Shown: positions 43,398-51,869 of the stretch, in pieces | Position numbering within the stretch: position 1 is the first letter of the stretch | Layout of the letters: each line of letters opens with the position of its first letter | From: an uncultured Pseudomonadota bacterium | GTDB taxonomy: Bacteria > UBA10199 > CAZHVX01 | Assembly (NCBI GenBank): GCA_964536295.1 | Contig: CAZHVX010000001.1 | Coordinates: forward strand, 1 to 51,869 | Direction of reading: 5' to 3' | DNA: 51,869 bases | Notes under the pieces: generated by a model | What the model saw: only the letters and a program-made list of their open reading frames with translations | Databases searched by the model: none | Told to the model about the DNA's origin: nothing | Translations under genes and position numbers: made by a program

Positions 43398-44267
43398 ATG
43401 AAATCAATGACCGGATTCGGCTCAGCTGAAGGAAATGTGGGCCAGGGCACGATCTACACAGAAATAAAATCAGTAAATCACAGATATTCTGATATAATGC
43501 TAAGGATTCCAAATAAAATGAATTCCTTGGATCCCAAAATCAAAGAAATCATTAAGTCAAAATTATTCAGAGGTAAAGTTGATCTATTCCTTAAAGATAA
43601 AATCGAAATTCAGGCTGACTACACAATAGTTACAAAAACAAAATTGGCACGTAAATATAAGCAGGCATTGAGTAATTTAAAAAAGGAGCTTGAAATAAAA
43701 TCCGATCTTACCGTTTTGGATGTGGTTGATTTTAATGAAATCGTTAAAATTATCCCTAATGAAATTAATTACGACAAACTTTGGCCACAGATAAAAAAAG
43801 TTGTTTTGAGTGCAGTAACAAAGTGTGATCAAATGAGGATTAAAGAAGGGGCCTATCTCAAAAACGAACAGATTAAACATATCAGGATAATTGAAGGAAT
43901 AATTTCCAAAGTTCGCAGGCAAACCAAATCCTACGTAAAACACTACAGATCAAATCTCCTAAAAAAAATAAAGCCCAGAAATAATGGTGTAGATATATCG
44001 AGACTTCAAACTGAGGTATCAATCCAGTCAGAGAAAATAGACATTACAGAAGAAATTGCAAGACTTGCCAGCCACTTAAAACAGTACAAAGAAGTATTGA
44101 ACAGAAAAGGGGTGATTGGTAAAGAATTGGATTTTCTGCTTCAAGAGATGAATCGCGAAATCAATACAATGGGCTCTAAGACAGCAGATATGGCGATCTC
44201 CAGACTGGTCATTGAGGCCAAGGCTGAGGTAGAAAAATTAAGGGAGCAGGTACAAAATATAGAATAA
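43398..44267 (+). CDS. yicC: YicC-family stress-induced protein
   Basis: MKSMTGFG N-terminus and a C-terminal DUF1732-type motif (LLQEMNREINTMGSK). GGAGGG SD before the ATG at 43398. Confidence 0.85.
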   Translation: MKSMTGFGSAEGNVGQGTIYTEIKSVNHRYSDIMLRIPNKMNSLDPKIKEIIKSKLFRGKVDLFLKDKIEIQADYTIVTKTKLARKYKQALSNLKKELEIKSDLTVLDVVDFNEIVKIIPNEINYDKLWPQIKKVVLSAVTKCDQMRIKEGAYLKNEQIKHIRIIEGIISKVRRQTKSYVKHYRSNLLKKIKPRNNGVDISRLQTEVSIQSEKIDITEEIARLASHLKQYKEVLNRKGVIGKELDFLLQEMNREINTMGSKTADMAISRLVIEAKAEVEKLREQVQNIE

Positions 44268-44284
44268 AACATGGAGAAAAACCT

Positions 44285-45721
44285 ATGCTTAAGTTTTTAA
44301 AGCTTGTTTTAACTCTAGTTGTCATTTCTTTAATTGTCCCGTTTTGTCTTCACGCAAAGACATGCAAAGTTTCAATATTACACTTCAACGATACACACGG
44401 ACACCTTGAACCAAACAACGACAACCTTGGTGGTGCGGCAAGAATTGCATCGCTAATAGAAAAAATAAAAAAAGAGAACACCAGAAATGGCAGGCATACT
44501 CTGGTTTTGCACGGTGGCGATGTTATCTCAGGCACAATGGTTTCTTTTAATTTTAAGGGCAAAGCTGAAATGGATTTTTTGAACCAAATTGGCGTCGAAG
44601 CAATGGCCGTAGGTAATCACGAATTTGATTTTGGTCAGGATAATTTAATTAACATGGATCAACAGTCAAATTTTCCCTTCTTAAGTGCCAATATTATTGA
44701 CAAAAGAAACGGAAAACCCTTCTTCCAGGCATACAAGATCGTAAAATACGATGATGGGTGTACGATTAGCGTTATTGGTGCGACAACCGAAGATACACCG
44801 ACAATGGCGTTTCCAAAGAATGTTTCAAACATGGAATTCATCGATTCCGCCGCTGCGATAAAGAGCAACATGAATGAGCTAAACAAACTGAGTGATCTTC
44901 AAATAGCACTTACGCACCTTGGTGTCAGGCGTGATATTAGATTGGCAAAGATGGTCCCAGACATCGATGCGGTGATAGGCGGCCATGATCACGTTCCAAT
45001 AAGTGATTACAGTAGAATTATTAATGAAACCCCTGTGTGCCAAACACCCGCTAATGGAACGTACCTTGGCAGAGTTGATTTAACATTCAATGATGGAGCT
45101 GTAACTACCGACAGGGTAGAAGCAATTGAAATAAACAAAAAGGCCGGAAATTCAAGAAAAACAAAACGCCTATTGTCCAAATATTTTAAGGAATTGAAGA
45201 CTTTCAAGAAGGAAAAGGTTGGTATATTAGCCCATGATTTACCTCATGGAAGAAATGGGCTACAAACTCCGATGGGCAAATATGTGACAAAAGTATTATG
45301 TGAAAAAACCGGTGCAGATGTTGGCTTTTTAAATTCAGGTGGCATACGATCTTATTTAAAGGCCGGAGTGGTTACCCAGAATGACATCTATCAGGTATTC
45401 CCATTTGGAAATCATGTAACCACTGTCGCTATCAAGGGGAATGAACTGATCGAACTTGTTGAAGCCGGGCTAGAACGCGTTAAACGCGGCCGCACAGTCT
45501 ACAACTGGTCCAATCTGGAATATAAAGAAAATGGAAAAACAATAGAAGTTTTTGTGGATAACAAACCAGTGAATCCACACTTAACATATGTTTTAGCCAC
45601 AACCGATTTTATGGCCTATGGTGGAGATGGTGCGACTGTTTTTAAAGGAAAGAAATTGAATGTCACCGAAACAACCTTACGTAGTGCAGTTGCTGAGGAC
45701 ATAAAAAGAAACTCCAAATGA
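44285..45721 (+). CDS. Secreted bifunctional metallophosphatase / 5'-nucleotidase (UshA-like)
   Basis: Signal peptide. Calcineurin-like motifs HFNDTHGH, GGD, GNHEFD and GGHDH, plus a C-terminal 5'-nucleotidase domain. Confidence 0.85.
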   Translation: MLKFLKLVLTLVVISLIVPFCLHAKTCKVSILHFNDTHGHLEPNNDNLGGAARIASLIEKIKKENTRNGRHTLVLHGGDVISGTMVSFNFKGKAEMDFLNQIGVEAMAVGNHEFDFGQDNLINMDQQSNFPFLSANIIDKRNGKPFFQAYKIVKYDDGCTISVIGATTEDTPTMAFPKNVSNMEFIDSAAAIKSNMNELNKLSDLQIALTHLGVRRDIRLAKMVPDIDAVIGGHDHVPISDYSRIINETPVCQTPANGTYLGRVDLTFNDGAVTTDRVEAIEINKKAGNSRKTKRLLSKYFKELKTFKKEKVGILAHDLPHGRNGLQTPMGKYVTKVLCEKTGADVGFLNSGGIRSYLKAGVVTQNDIYQVFPFGNHVTTVAIKGNELIELVEAGLERVKRGRTVYNWSNLEYKENGKTIEVFVDNKPVNPHLTYVLATTDFMAYGGDGATVFKGKKLNVTETTLRSAVAEDIKRNSK

Positions 45722-45744
45722 AATGTCATCGAGCCTTATGCCAC

Positions 45745-46638
45745 TTAAATCTCCAATCCCCTCGGTGCCGGCATAATTTTTCTCTTATTTGCAAAATATG
45801 ATATTGCCGTACCCGAGATAATAATAAGCGCGGCCCCAAGGAAGGCAAAAAGATCGGGTACCTCGTGAAAAAAGATAATGCCACCAATGTATGTTAACAC
45901 TACGAACAAATATCGAAGGGGAGCCAGGGTCGATGCCTCTCCATAACGGAATGCAAAGGTTTGAAGTATTTGTCCCAATGTAGTAGAGACGCCTGTGATA
46001 CCTAAAAGTAGCCATTGGAATGGAGTGGGCCACATAAAAACCCTAAAACCCAATATTAGCGCACCAAATAGACTTACCATTATAAAATAATACGCAATTA
46101 CGTATGGATGATCGGTACTGTGAAGCTTTCTAACACACATAGTTGTTATGCTAGTTAAAAAACCCGAAATCAACGCAAAGAATGACCACGAATTAATGAC
46201 ATTTTCATCCGGCTTTAAAATCATCAAAACGCCGACGAAGGCAATCAACACCCATGTCATTATACTTTTTTGAAATTTTTCCTTTAAAAATAACGGTGCA
46301 AACAAAATCACAAAGAGAATATTTGTATTGAGAAGGGCAGCCGCATTACCCATCTCTATTTTTGTTATTGAATAGAAAATGATACTTAAAGAAACAAAAC
46401 CAATTATACTTCTTAAGTACAAAAGTTTTCTATTATTACCCCTGATGGGGACACCCTGAAATTTCATCAACGAAAAGAGGATAATTGAACCAATTATTGC
46501 CCTGATGGTGATAATCTGGAAGGTATGAAGTTCTCCACTTAGGGCCTTTACAGTCAGCCAAGCCACAGCAAAGATTACATTGCTGACTATCATCAAGGTA
46601 ATCCCACAGAAAAGCTTGCTATTACGCCTTTTTACCAT
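45745..46638 (-). CDS. EamA/DMT-family transporter
   Basis: 10-TM protein with duplicated EamA-like halves. Confidence 0.75.
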   Translation of the reverse strand: MVKRRNSKLFCGITLMIVSNVIFAVAWLTVKALSGELHTFQIITIRAIIGSIILFSLMKFQGVPIRGNNRKLLYLRSIIGFVSLSIIFYSITKIEMGNAAALLNTNILFVILFAPLFLKEKFQKSIMTWVLIAFVGVLMILKPDENVINSWSFFALISGFLTSITTMCVRKLHSTDHPYVIAYYFIMVSLFGALILGFRVFMWPTPFQWLLLGITGVSTTLGQILQTFAFRYGEASTLAPLRYLFVVLTYIGGIIFFHEVPDLFAFLGAALIIISGTAISYFANKRKIMPAPRGLEI

Positions 46639-46750
46639 GTGATTAAGATAAATGAGTTACAAGGGAATAACAAACGAAAAATATGCAAATTTTCGAAACA
46701 AAACTAAAATCATTGATTTAATTAATATTTTTCGCTATTCTCACCATAAT

Positions 46751-46955
46751 GGGAGTGGTGGAAAATACGTTTTGTTGACTCTTGTGTCATTCTGAGTCCG
46801 CCAAACCTGCCTCGCGTTGTTCAGCAAGGCGGGGGCAGACGAAGAATCCAGTAAAATCAATTTGTTAACTCTGGATCCCTCATGGAGTTTATCCTGAGCG
46901 AACGTCAATGAGTCGAAGGGTTCAGGATGACAAAACGCATTTTCTACCACTCACC
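46751..46955. repeat. Family A composite element, copy A6 (outer GGGAGTGGTGGAAAAT arms plus a long inner element)
   Basis: Outer arm GGGAGTGGTGGAAAATACGTTTTG (46751-46774) pairs with CAAAACGCATTTTCTACCACTCACC (46931-46955). The inner element runs TGTGTCATTCTGAG ... TTCAGGATGACA. Confidence 0.9.
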
Positions 46956-46974
46956 ACAATAGCGAAAGAGCAAT

Positions 46975-49125
46975 ATGAATATCCGCCTCAATGAATTATT
47001 AGACATGATCTCGGCATATAACCCTGATGCCGACTTGGACATAGTTAAAAGGGCCTACGTATTTGCCGCAAAGGCGCACCAGGGTCAAATTCGTGCCTCA
47101 GGGGAACCTTTTTTCAGCCATCCAATGGAGGTTGCAAAGATCCTAGCGGATATGAAACTGGATATTCCATCTATCATCACCGCAATCCTTCACGACACAG
47201 TTGAAGATACGGAAATATCCTTAGAGGAAGTTGAAAGTAATTTTGGTGGTGAAATTCGAAAACTTGTTGATGGCGTTACCAAATTGGAAAGAATTAAATT
47301 CTCAACTTCAGAGGAAAGACAGGCAGAAAATTTTCGCAAAATGATCATGGCAATGGCACAGGACATCCGCGTAATTTTGATAAAACTTGCCGATCGTGTT
47401 CACAACATGAGAACCCTTGAACATATGCCCGAAGATAGACGCATTCCAAAAGCACGCGAAACACTTGATATCTACGCACCCATTGCAAATAGGCTTGGTA
47501 TCCAGGAAATCAAGGTAGAGCTTGAGGATCTTTCCTTTAAGTATTTAAGGCCAAGTATATTTAATTTCATTTCTAAACAATTGGAAAGCAGCCGAATTCA
47601 GCGAGATAAATACATCGCCAAAATAAAGGACCTGATTGTTCAAAAAATGAAGGAAAATAAAATTCCATGCGAAATCCAAGGGCGCATCAAACATATTTAC
47701 AGTATCTATCGCAAAATGGAAAATCAAAATATCCCATTTGAGGATGTGCACGATATCATAGCTTACCGTATCTTTGTTAACACTCTATCACAATGCTACG
47801 AAGTTCTTGGACTAATTCACTCGCTATGGAGACCGATCCCTGGGAGATTTAAGGATTATATATCAATGCCAAAGGCAAACAATTATCAATCCCTGCACAC
47901 CACCATAATCGGTCCAGAGGCTCAACGAATCGAATTTCAGATCAGAACACGCGCGATGGATGAAACAGCCGAGCATGGAATTGCTGCTCACTGGAAATAT
48001 AAGGAAGGCAGGGCCATTAATGTAGCAGATGAAATGAAATTTAAGTGGATAAGACAATTGCTCGAATGGCAAAGTGAACTTTCGGATCCAGCGGAGTTTC
48101 TTGATACGATGAAGTTAGACCTTTTTGCGGATGACGTATACATATTCACGCCACGCGGTGATTTGAGGGTTTTACCCACCGGTTCAACGCCGGTTGATTT
48201 TGCCTTCGCAATCCACAGTGATGTAGGTAACAACTGCGTTGGCGCCAAGGTCAATGGTAAAATAGTATCGCTCCGACACAAACTACATAGTGGTGATTCG
48301 GTTGAAATTATCACACAAAAAAATAAGCACCCCAATAAAGATTGGCTGCAATTTGTAAAAACCTCCAAGGCAAAGAACAAAATCAGACAGTTCGTCAGAA
48401 AAGAACAAAGGGATCGATCCCTTACTATAGGAACAGATCTTTTAGGAAAAATTTGTCATAAGTACAAAGTAAACATGCGTAAACTTTTGAAGGATGAACG
48501 TGTCGTTGAGTTTTACAAAAACGCCGGTTATCAAGACGAAGAAAATGTCATAATCGCTATCGGGTACGGCAAACTCTCGCCAAAACAGATAATAACGCTA
48601 ATCCTTTCCCCAGAGGAAATTGAAGAACCTGCTCAACAAAAAAGTTCGTTCCTTGAAAAGATTGCCAATAAAATCCGGCGAAAAAAGGGGGTCGTTAAAA
48701 TCGACGGGATCAGCGATATGCTTGTTTCCTTTGGTAAGTGCTGCAATCCTGTCCCGGGTGAATCAATCGTTGGATATGTCACTCGCGGAAAAGGCGTTTC
48801 AATACACGCTGTGGATTGTCCAAAACTTTTATCTACCGACCCGGACAGAAGAATCAAGGTTACATGGGATTTGGCAAGTGGCGAAGCCACTACCGCAAGA
48901 CTACGTGTTGTCTGCATCAACAGGCCAGGCCTTCTGCATGGAATGACAGAGGCAATCACCGCACAGGAGTGCAACATTGCACAGGCAAATATTAACACCA
49001 CCGAAGATTTTAAGGCTGTCAATACATTTCATGTAGAGGTGAAAGACACCGTTCATCTACAAAAAGTGATCAAAGCGCTTGAAAATGTAAAGGGTGTTAT
49101 ATCCGTAGAAAGAATTAGAAAGTAA
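46975..49125 (+). CDS. rel: Bifunctional (p)ppGpp synthetase/hydrolase (RelA/SpoT homolog)
   Basis: HD hydrolase motif (HDTVEDT), a synthetase domain (RIKHIYSIYRKM, DYI..PK.NGYQSLHT-like), and TGS and C-terminal ACT domains. Confidence 0.95.
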   Translation: MNIRLNELLDMISAYNPDADLDIVKRAYVFAAKAHQGQIRASGEPFFSHPMEVAKILADMKLDIPSIITAILHDTVEDTEISLEEVESNFGGEIRKLVDGVTKLERIKFSTSEERQAENFRKMIMAMAQDIRVILIKLADRVHNMRTLEHMPEDRRIPKARETLDIYAPIANRLGIQEIKVELEDLSFKYLRPSIFNFISKQLESSRIQRDKYIAKIKDLIVQKMKENKIPCEIQGRIKHIYSIYRKMENQNIPFEDVHDIIAYRIFVNTLSQCYEVLGLIHSLWRPIPGRFKDYISMPKANNYQSLHTTIIGPEAQRIEFQIRTRAMDETAEHGIAAHWKYKEGRAINVADEMKFKWIRQLLEWQSELSDPAEFLDTMKLDLFADDVYIFTPRGDLRVLPTGSTPVDFAFAIHSDVGNNCVGAKVNGKIVSLRHKLHSGDSVEIITQKNKHPNKDWLQFVKTSKAKNKIRQFVRKEQRDRSLTIGTDLLGKICHKYKVNMRKLLKDERVVEFYKNAGYQDEENVIIAIGYGKLSPKQIITLILSPEEIEEPAQQKSSFLEKIANKIRRKKGVVKIDGISDMLVSFGKCCNPVPGESIVGYVTRGKGVSIHAVDCPKLLSTDPDRRIKVTWDLASGEATTARLRVVCINRPGLLHGMTEAITAQECNIAQANINTTEDFKAVNTFHVEVKDTVHLQKVIKALENVKGVISVERIRK

Positions 49126-49129
49126 TTGC

Positions 49130-49321
49130 TTAGGCGGCCTTCACTACCTTGCCACTCCTTAAACAACGTGTGCAAACATTACGACGTGCGTTGGCGCCAT
49201 TGACCTTAACTTTAACTTTTTGAAGATTAGGTAACGAGCGTTTCTTTGATCTATTATTGGCGTGTGATACCTTGTTTCCAACGAGGGCGCCTTTGCCACA
49301 AATTTCACATCTTCTAGACAT
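49130..49321 (-). CDS. rpmB: 50S ribosomal protein L28
   Basis: [11 protein letters not shown]...[14 protein letters not shown]. Start moved to the ATG at 49321. Confidence 0.9.
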   Translation of the reverse strand: MSRRCEICGKGALVGNKVSHANNRSKKRSLPNLQKVKVKVNGANARRNVCTRCLRSGKVVKAA

Positions 49322-49422
49322 ATTTAATCTCCTGTAGTATGTGTTGGTGGGTGCTATTAGCACGTAGGTTAAAACATGGCAAGCATTTTTTTATCTAAAT
49401 GCCAAAAAAGCTTAGATTTCAT

Positions 49423-49776
49423 ATGGATAGACAAACTACCGGTAAAATAGGAGAGGACCTGGCGATGCAATACCTTGTGGATAAAGGTTTTTCCGTTATC
49501 CACAGAAATTATCGCCTCCCCATAGGTGAAATTGACCTTGTAGCCAAAAAAAAGGATACAATCTACTTTACCGAGGTAAAAACTCGTAAGGATGAAGAAA
49601 AAGGAACACCACTAGAGGCAATATCCGCATCCAAAATCTCCACGCTAAAGAAGCTTGCAGAGTGGTACCTTGCCAAGGAAAACCCCGATTATAAGGATGT
49701 ATCACTTGCTGCCATTGGAGTCTGCCTCAACGTCGAACCCCCGGAGATATTATTTATACCAGACATAACTTCGTAA
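49423..49776 (+). CDS. yraN: YraN-family (UPF0102) endonuclease-like protein
   Basis: GKIGEDLA..YL...G..I...NYR...GEIDLVA....TIYFTEVKTR, a PD-(D/E)xK-like motif. Confidence 0.8.
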   Translation: MDRQTTGKIGEDLAMQYLVDKGFSVIHRNYRLPIGEIDLVAKKKDTIYFTEVKTRKDEEKGTPLEAISASKISTLKKLAEWYLAKENPDYKDVSLAAIGVCLNVEPPEILFIPDITS

Positions 49777-49888
49777 CTATTTAGATTTAAACAAAATTCC
49801 TAGACATACGTGTATGGATATGTATATTTAGAATAGGGTGAATTTTTTACATAATTTTTTTACACACAATCCGTGCTGGTTTGTGTAT

Positions 49889-50030
49889 AAAGGGAGTGGT
49901 GGAAAATACGTTTTGTCATCCTGAATTCGCCAAGGCGAATGAAGCCTGCCTGCCGCAGGCAGGGATCCAGTGCTAACAAATTGGATCCGCTGGATTCTTC
50001 GCCCGCCTCGGGCGGACTCAGAATGACACA
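49889..50030. repeat. Family A composite element, copy A7 (left outer arm present, right outer arm missing)
   Basis: AAAGGGAGTGGTGGAAAATACGTTTTGTCATCCTGA ... GCAGGCAGGGATCCAG ... CTGGATTCTTCG ... CTCAGAATGACAC. Confidence 0.9.
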
Positions 50031-50061
50031 AAGGTCAACAATTGGTAGTTAACAACACACT

Positions 50062-51822
50062 ATGACAAATATACTTCAGCATTTTTACAATCAGGGAAAA
50101 AGACAGGCCAACAATCCATGCTGGACTTTGCACAGGAATGGGGCATGGCACACACTCTCATGGAGTGAGGTTCTGAAAACTGTTCAAAAACTTCACCATG
50201 CATTAAAGAAGATTGGTGTTCGTAACGGAACAAAAATAGGGATCCTTTCATCCACATGTTATCAGTGGTCAATAGCGGATCTTGCAATATTAGCACTTAA
50301 GGGGATTTCCGTACCCCTACACAGCACACTTGCCGGGAAGCAGGTAATCGAAATCATTAAAGATTCCAATTGCGAATATCTCTTTGTTGAAGATATGGAG
50401 CAGTGGCTCAAAATCAAATCATTACTTGATGAAACCAATATCAAAGAGGTCATAGCATTTCATAAATTCAAGGACCTCCACCTTGATATCGACACCCTCA
50501 TAGATGGAATCAATGAAATAGACGACACGGCCTATTTAAGTGAGATATCATCTATATCACTTGAGGATAACGCCAGTTATATTTACACATCTGGAACCAC
50601 CGGTGAACCAAAGGGCGTAGTCATCACCCACAAAAGTATAATGGCGGAGGTTGAAGGCTTGCAGGATATCTTTGATCTCAAAGAAAACGAACTGATCTTC
50701 CTATTTCTCCCGCTTTCACACGTAATCGGAAGATCCGTGCAATTCTACCATCTGGCACAGGGTTGCCAACTATCGTTTGTGCAGAGCATGCAAAGAATCC
50801 CGGAGAATATGCGTGAGGTAAGGCCACACTTTGTTTCCGCCGTTCCGCGTTTCTTTGAAAAGTTTTACGAAAATATCGTTTTGGAGGTCTGCAAAAGATC
50901 CTTCATCACAAAGAAGCTTTTTTATAAATGTGTATCTATCGGTGAAAAAATGAGTGATCATCTCAGATTAAGAAAAAAAATTCCGTTCAGATTAAGGATA
51001 GAATTTTTTATAGCAAAATCAATTTTACTAAGAAAACTTTACGACGCACTCGGGGGCAGAATCCAGTATTTCATCTGCGGCGGAGCCCCGTTATCCAAGG
51101 ACCTGGCCAGATTCTTTCATGCCTTGGGTATCCTTATCTGCGAAGGATGGGGGTTAACCGAAACATTTAGCGCGGCAACATTAAATCGCCCCGATGACTA
51201 CCACTTTGGTACCGTAGGAAAACCTTTAAAGGGAGTCCAGTTGAGGCTAGAGGCCGATAACGAAATCTTCGTAAGGGGAGACGTCCTTTTCAAAGAATAT
51301 TATAAAAAGCCCGAAGCAACACAAAACGTTCTCGATAAAGATGGATGGTTTGCAACGGGGGATATTGGCGAATTTTCAAAGGACGGCTTTTTAAGAATAA
51401 CCGGTCGTAAGAAAGATATTATCATAACAGCCGGAGGAAAAAACATCGCCCCCCAACAGGTTGAGGGGCTTATACAAAAAAGCAAATACATCGACCAAGT
51501 TGTGGTCCATGGAGACAGGAGAAAGTATTTATCCGCCCTGATTACTTTAAACTTTGCTGAAGTTGAAGAATATGCTAGAAATACAGGGATTAGTTGGCAG
51601 AATAGGGATGACCTTGCCAATCACAAGGATATTAACAACTTAATAAAGTCCGAGATCGATAGCGCAAACTCAAATCTTGCAGGCCATGAAACGGTTAAAA
51701 GATTTGCGATTTTGGAGAATCATCTCTCCATTGAAACAGGGGAAATGACCCCAACAATGAAAATTAAAAGACAGGTTGTTGAGAACAAGTATAAAGATAT
51801 TTTAGATGCTCTTTATAAATGA
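50062..51822 (+). CDS. Long-chain-fatty-acid--CoA ligase (AMP-forming adenylate-forming family)
   Basis: AMP-binding motif YTSGTTGEPKGV, plus the TGD and GRKKDII motifs. Confidence 0.85.
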   Translation: MTNILQHFYNQGKRQANNPCWTLHRNGAWHTLSWSEVLKTVQKLHHALKKIGVRNGTKIGILSSTCYQWSIADLAILALKGISVPLHSTLAGKQVIEIIKDSNCEYLFVEDMEQWLKIKSLLDETNIKEVIAFHKFKDLHLDIDTLIDGINEIDDTAYLSEISSISLEDNASYIYTSGTTGEPKGVVITHKSIMAEVEGLQDIFDLKENELIFLFLPLSHVIGRSVQFYHLAQGCQLSFVQSMQRIPENMREVRPHFVSAVPRFFEKFYENIVLEVCKRSFITKKLFYKCVSIGEKMSDHLRLRKKIPFRLRIEFFIAKSILLRKLYDALGGRIQYFICGGAPLSKDLARFFHALGILICEGWGLTETFSAATLNRPDDYHFGTVGKPLKGVQLRLEADNEIFVRGDVLFKEYYKKPEATQNVLDKDGWFATGDIGEFSKDGFLRITGRKKDIIITAGGKNIAPQQVEGLIQKSKYIDQVVVHGDRRKYLSALITLNFAEVEEYARNTGISWQNRDDLANHKDINNLIKSEIDSANSNLAGHETVKRFAILENHLSIETGEMTPTMKIKRQVVENKYKDILDALYK

Positions 51823-51869
51823 TTTTATCACCGCAGAAGCACAGAACGTATTGGAACACGCTGAAAATA

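Noticed and set aside
43210-43512. ORFs 43210..43401 (+) and 43318..43512 (-)
   Set aside because: Both lie in repeat composite C4/D and in the yicC 5' region. They have low-complexity repeat translations and no SD.
46741-46950. 69-aa minus-strand ORF upstream of rel
   Set aside because: It is contained in repeat A6.
47988-49022. Minus-strand ORFs 47988..48380 and 48633..49022, and plus-strand ORF 48620..48946
   Set aside because: They are shadow or alternative-frame ORFs within rel, whose frame is supported by HD, synthetase, TGS and ACT motifs.
49828-50031. 67-aa minus-strand ORF upstream of the acyl-CoA ligase gene
   Set aside because: It is contained in repeat A7.

Overview
This AT-rich 51.9 kb chromosomal window comes from a diderm bacterium, since Lnt, LolCDE, BamA and Skp are all present. 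No rRNA, tRNA, CRISPR array, transposase or integrase was recognised. Most of it is tightly packed housekeeping DNA. It encodes leuS, holA, rpsT, murJ, mazG, phoH, a PgpH-like 7TM-HD protein, ybeY, lnt and prfB, which has the classic +1 frameshift site. It also encodes lysS, lolC/E/D, bamA, skp, yicC, rel and rpmB. Other modules are a PdaD plus agmatinase putrescine pathway, a secreted M16 peptidase pair next to an MMPL/RND exporter, and a GT-C/GT2/AsnB glycosylation cluster. Three small accessory islets interrupt the core. The first is an HTH-MNT plus HEPN toxin-antitoxin pair at 10.7-11.6 kb. The second, at 22.3-23.2 kb, holds a minimal nucleotidyltransferase with an overlapping small partner gene, plus a Cys-rich mini-protein. 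The third, at 31.3-34.7 kb, splits prfB from lysS and holds an orphan acidic protein, an APC permease fused to a PTS-EIIA-like domain, and vapBC. The most unusual property is non-coding. At least four families of palindromic, MITE/REP-like repeats fill nearly every intergenic spacer longer than about 60 nt, with about 20 copies and no transposase in the window. The families share sub-modules. Two copies sit in frame inside the essential genes leuS and lnt, as Rickettsia palindromic elements do. One family lies just upstream of start codons. Unusual domain fusions (Trm112-FHA, HTH-MNT, APC-EIIA) and a tandem-repeat lysine-rich histone-like protein are also flagged. All calls come from reading motifs by eye; no database search was run.
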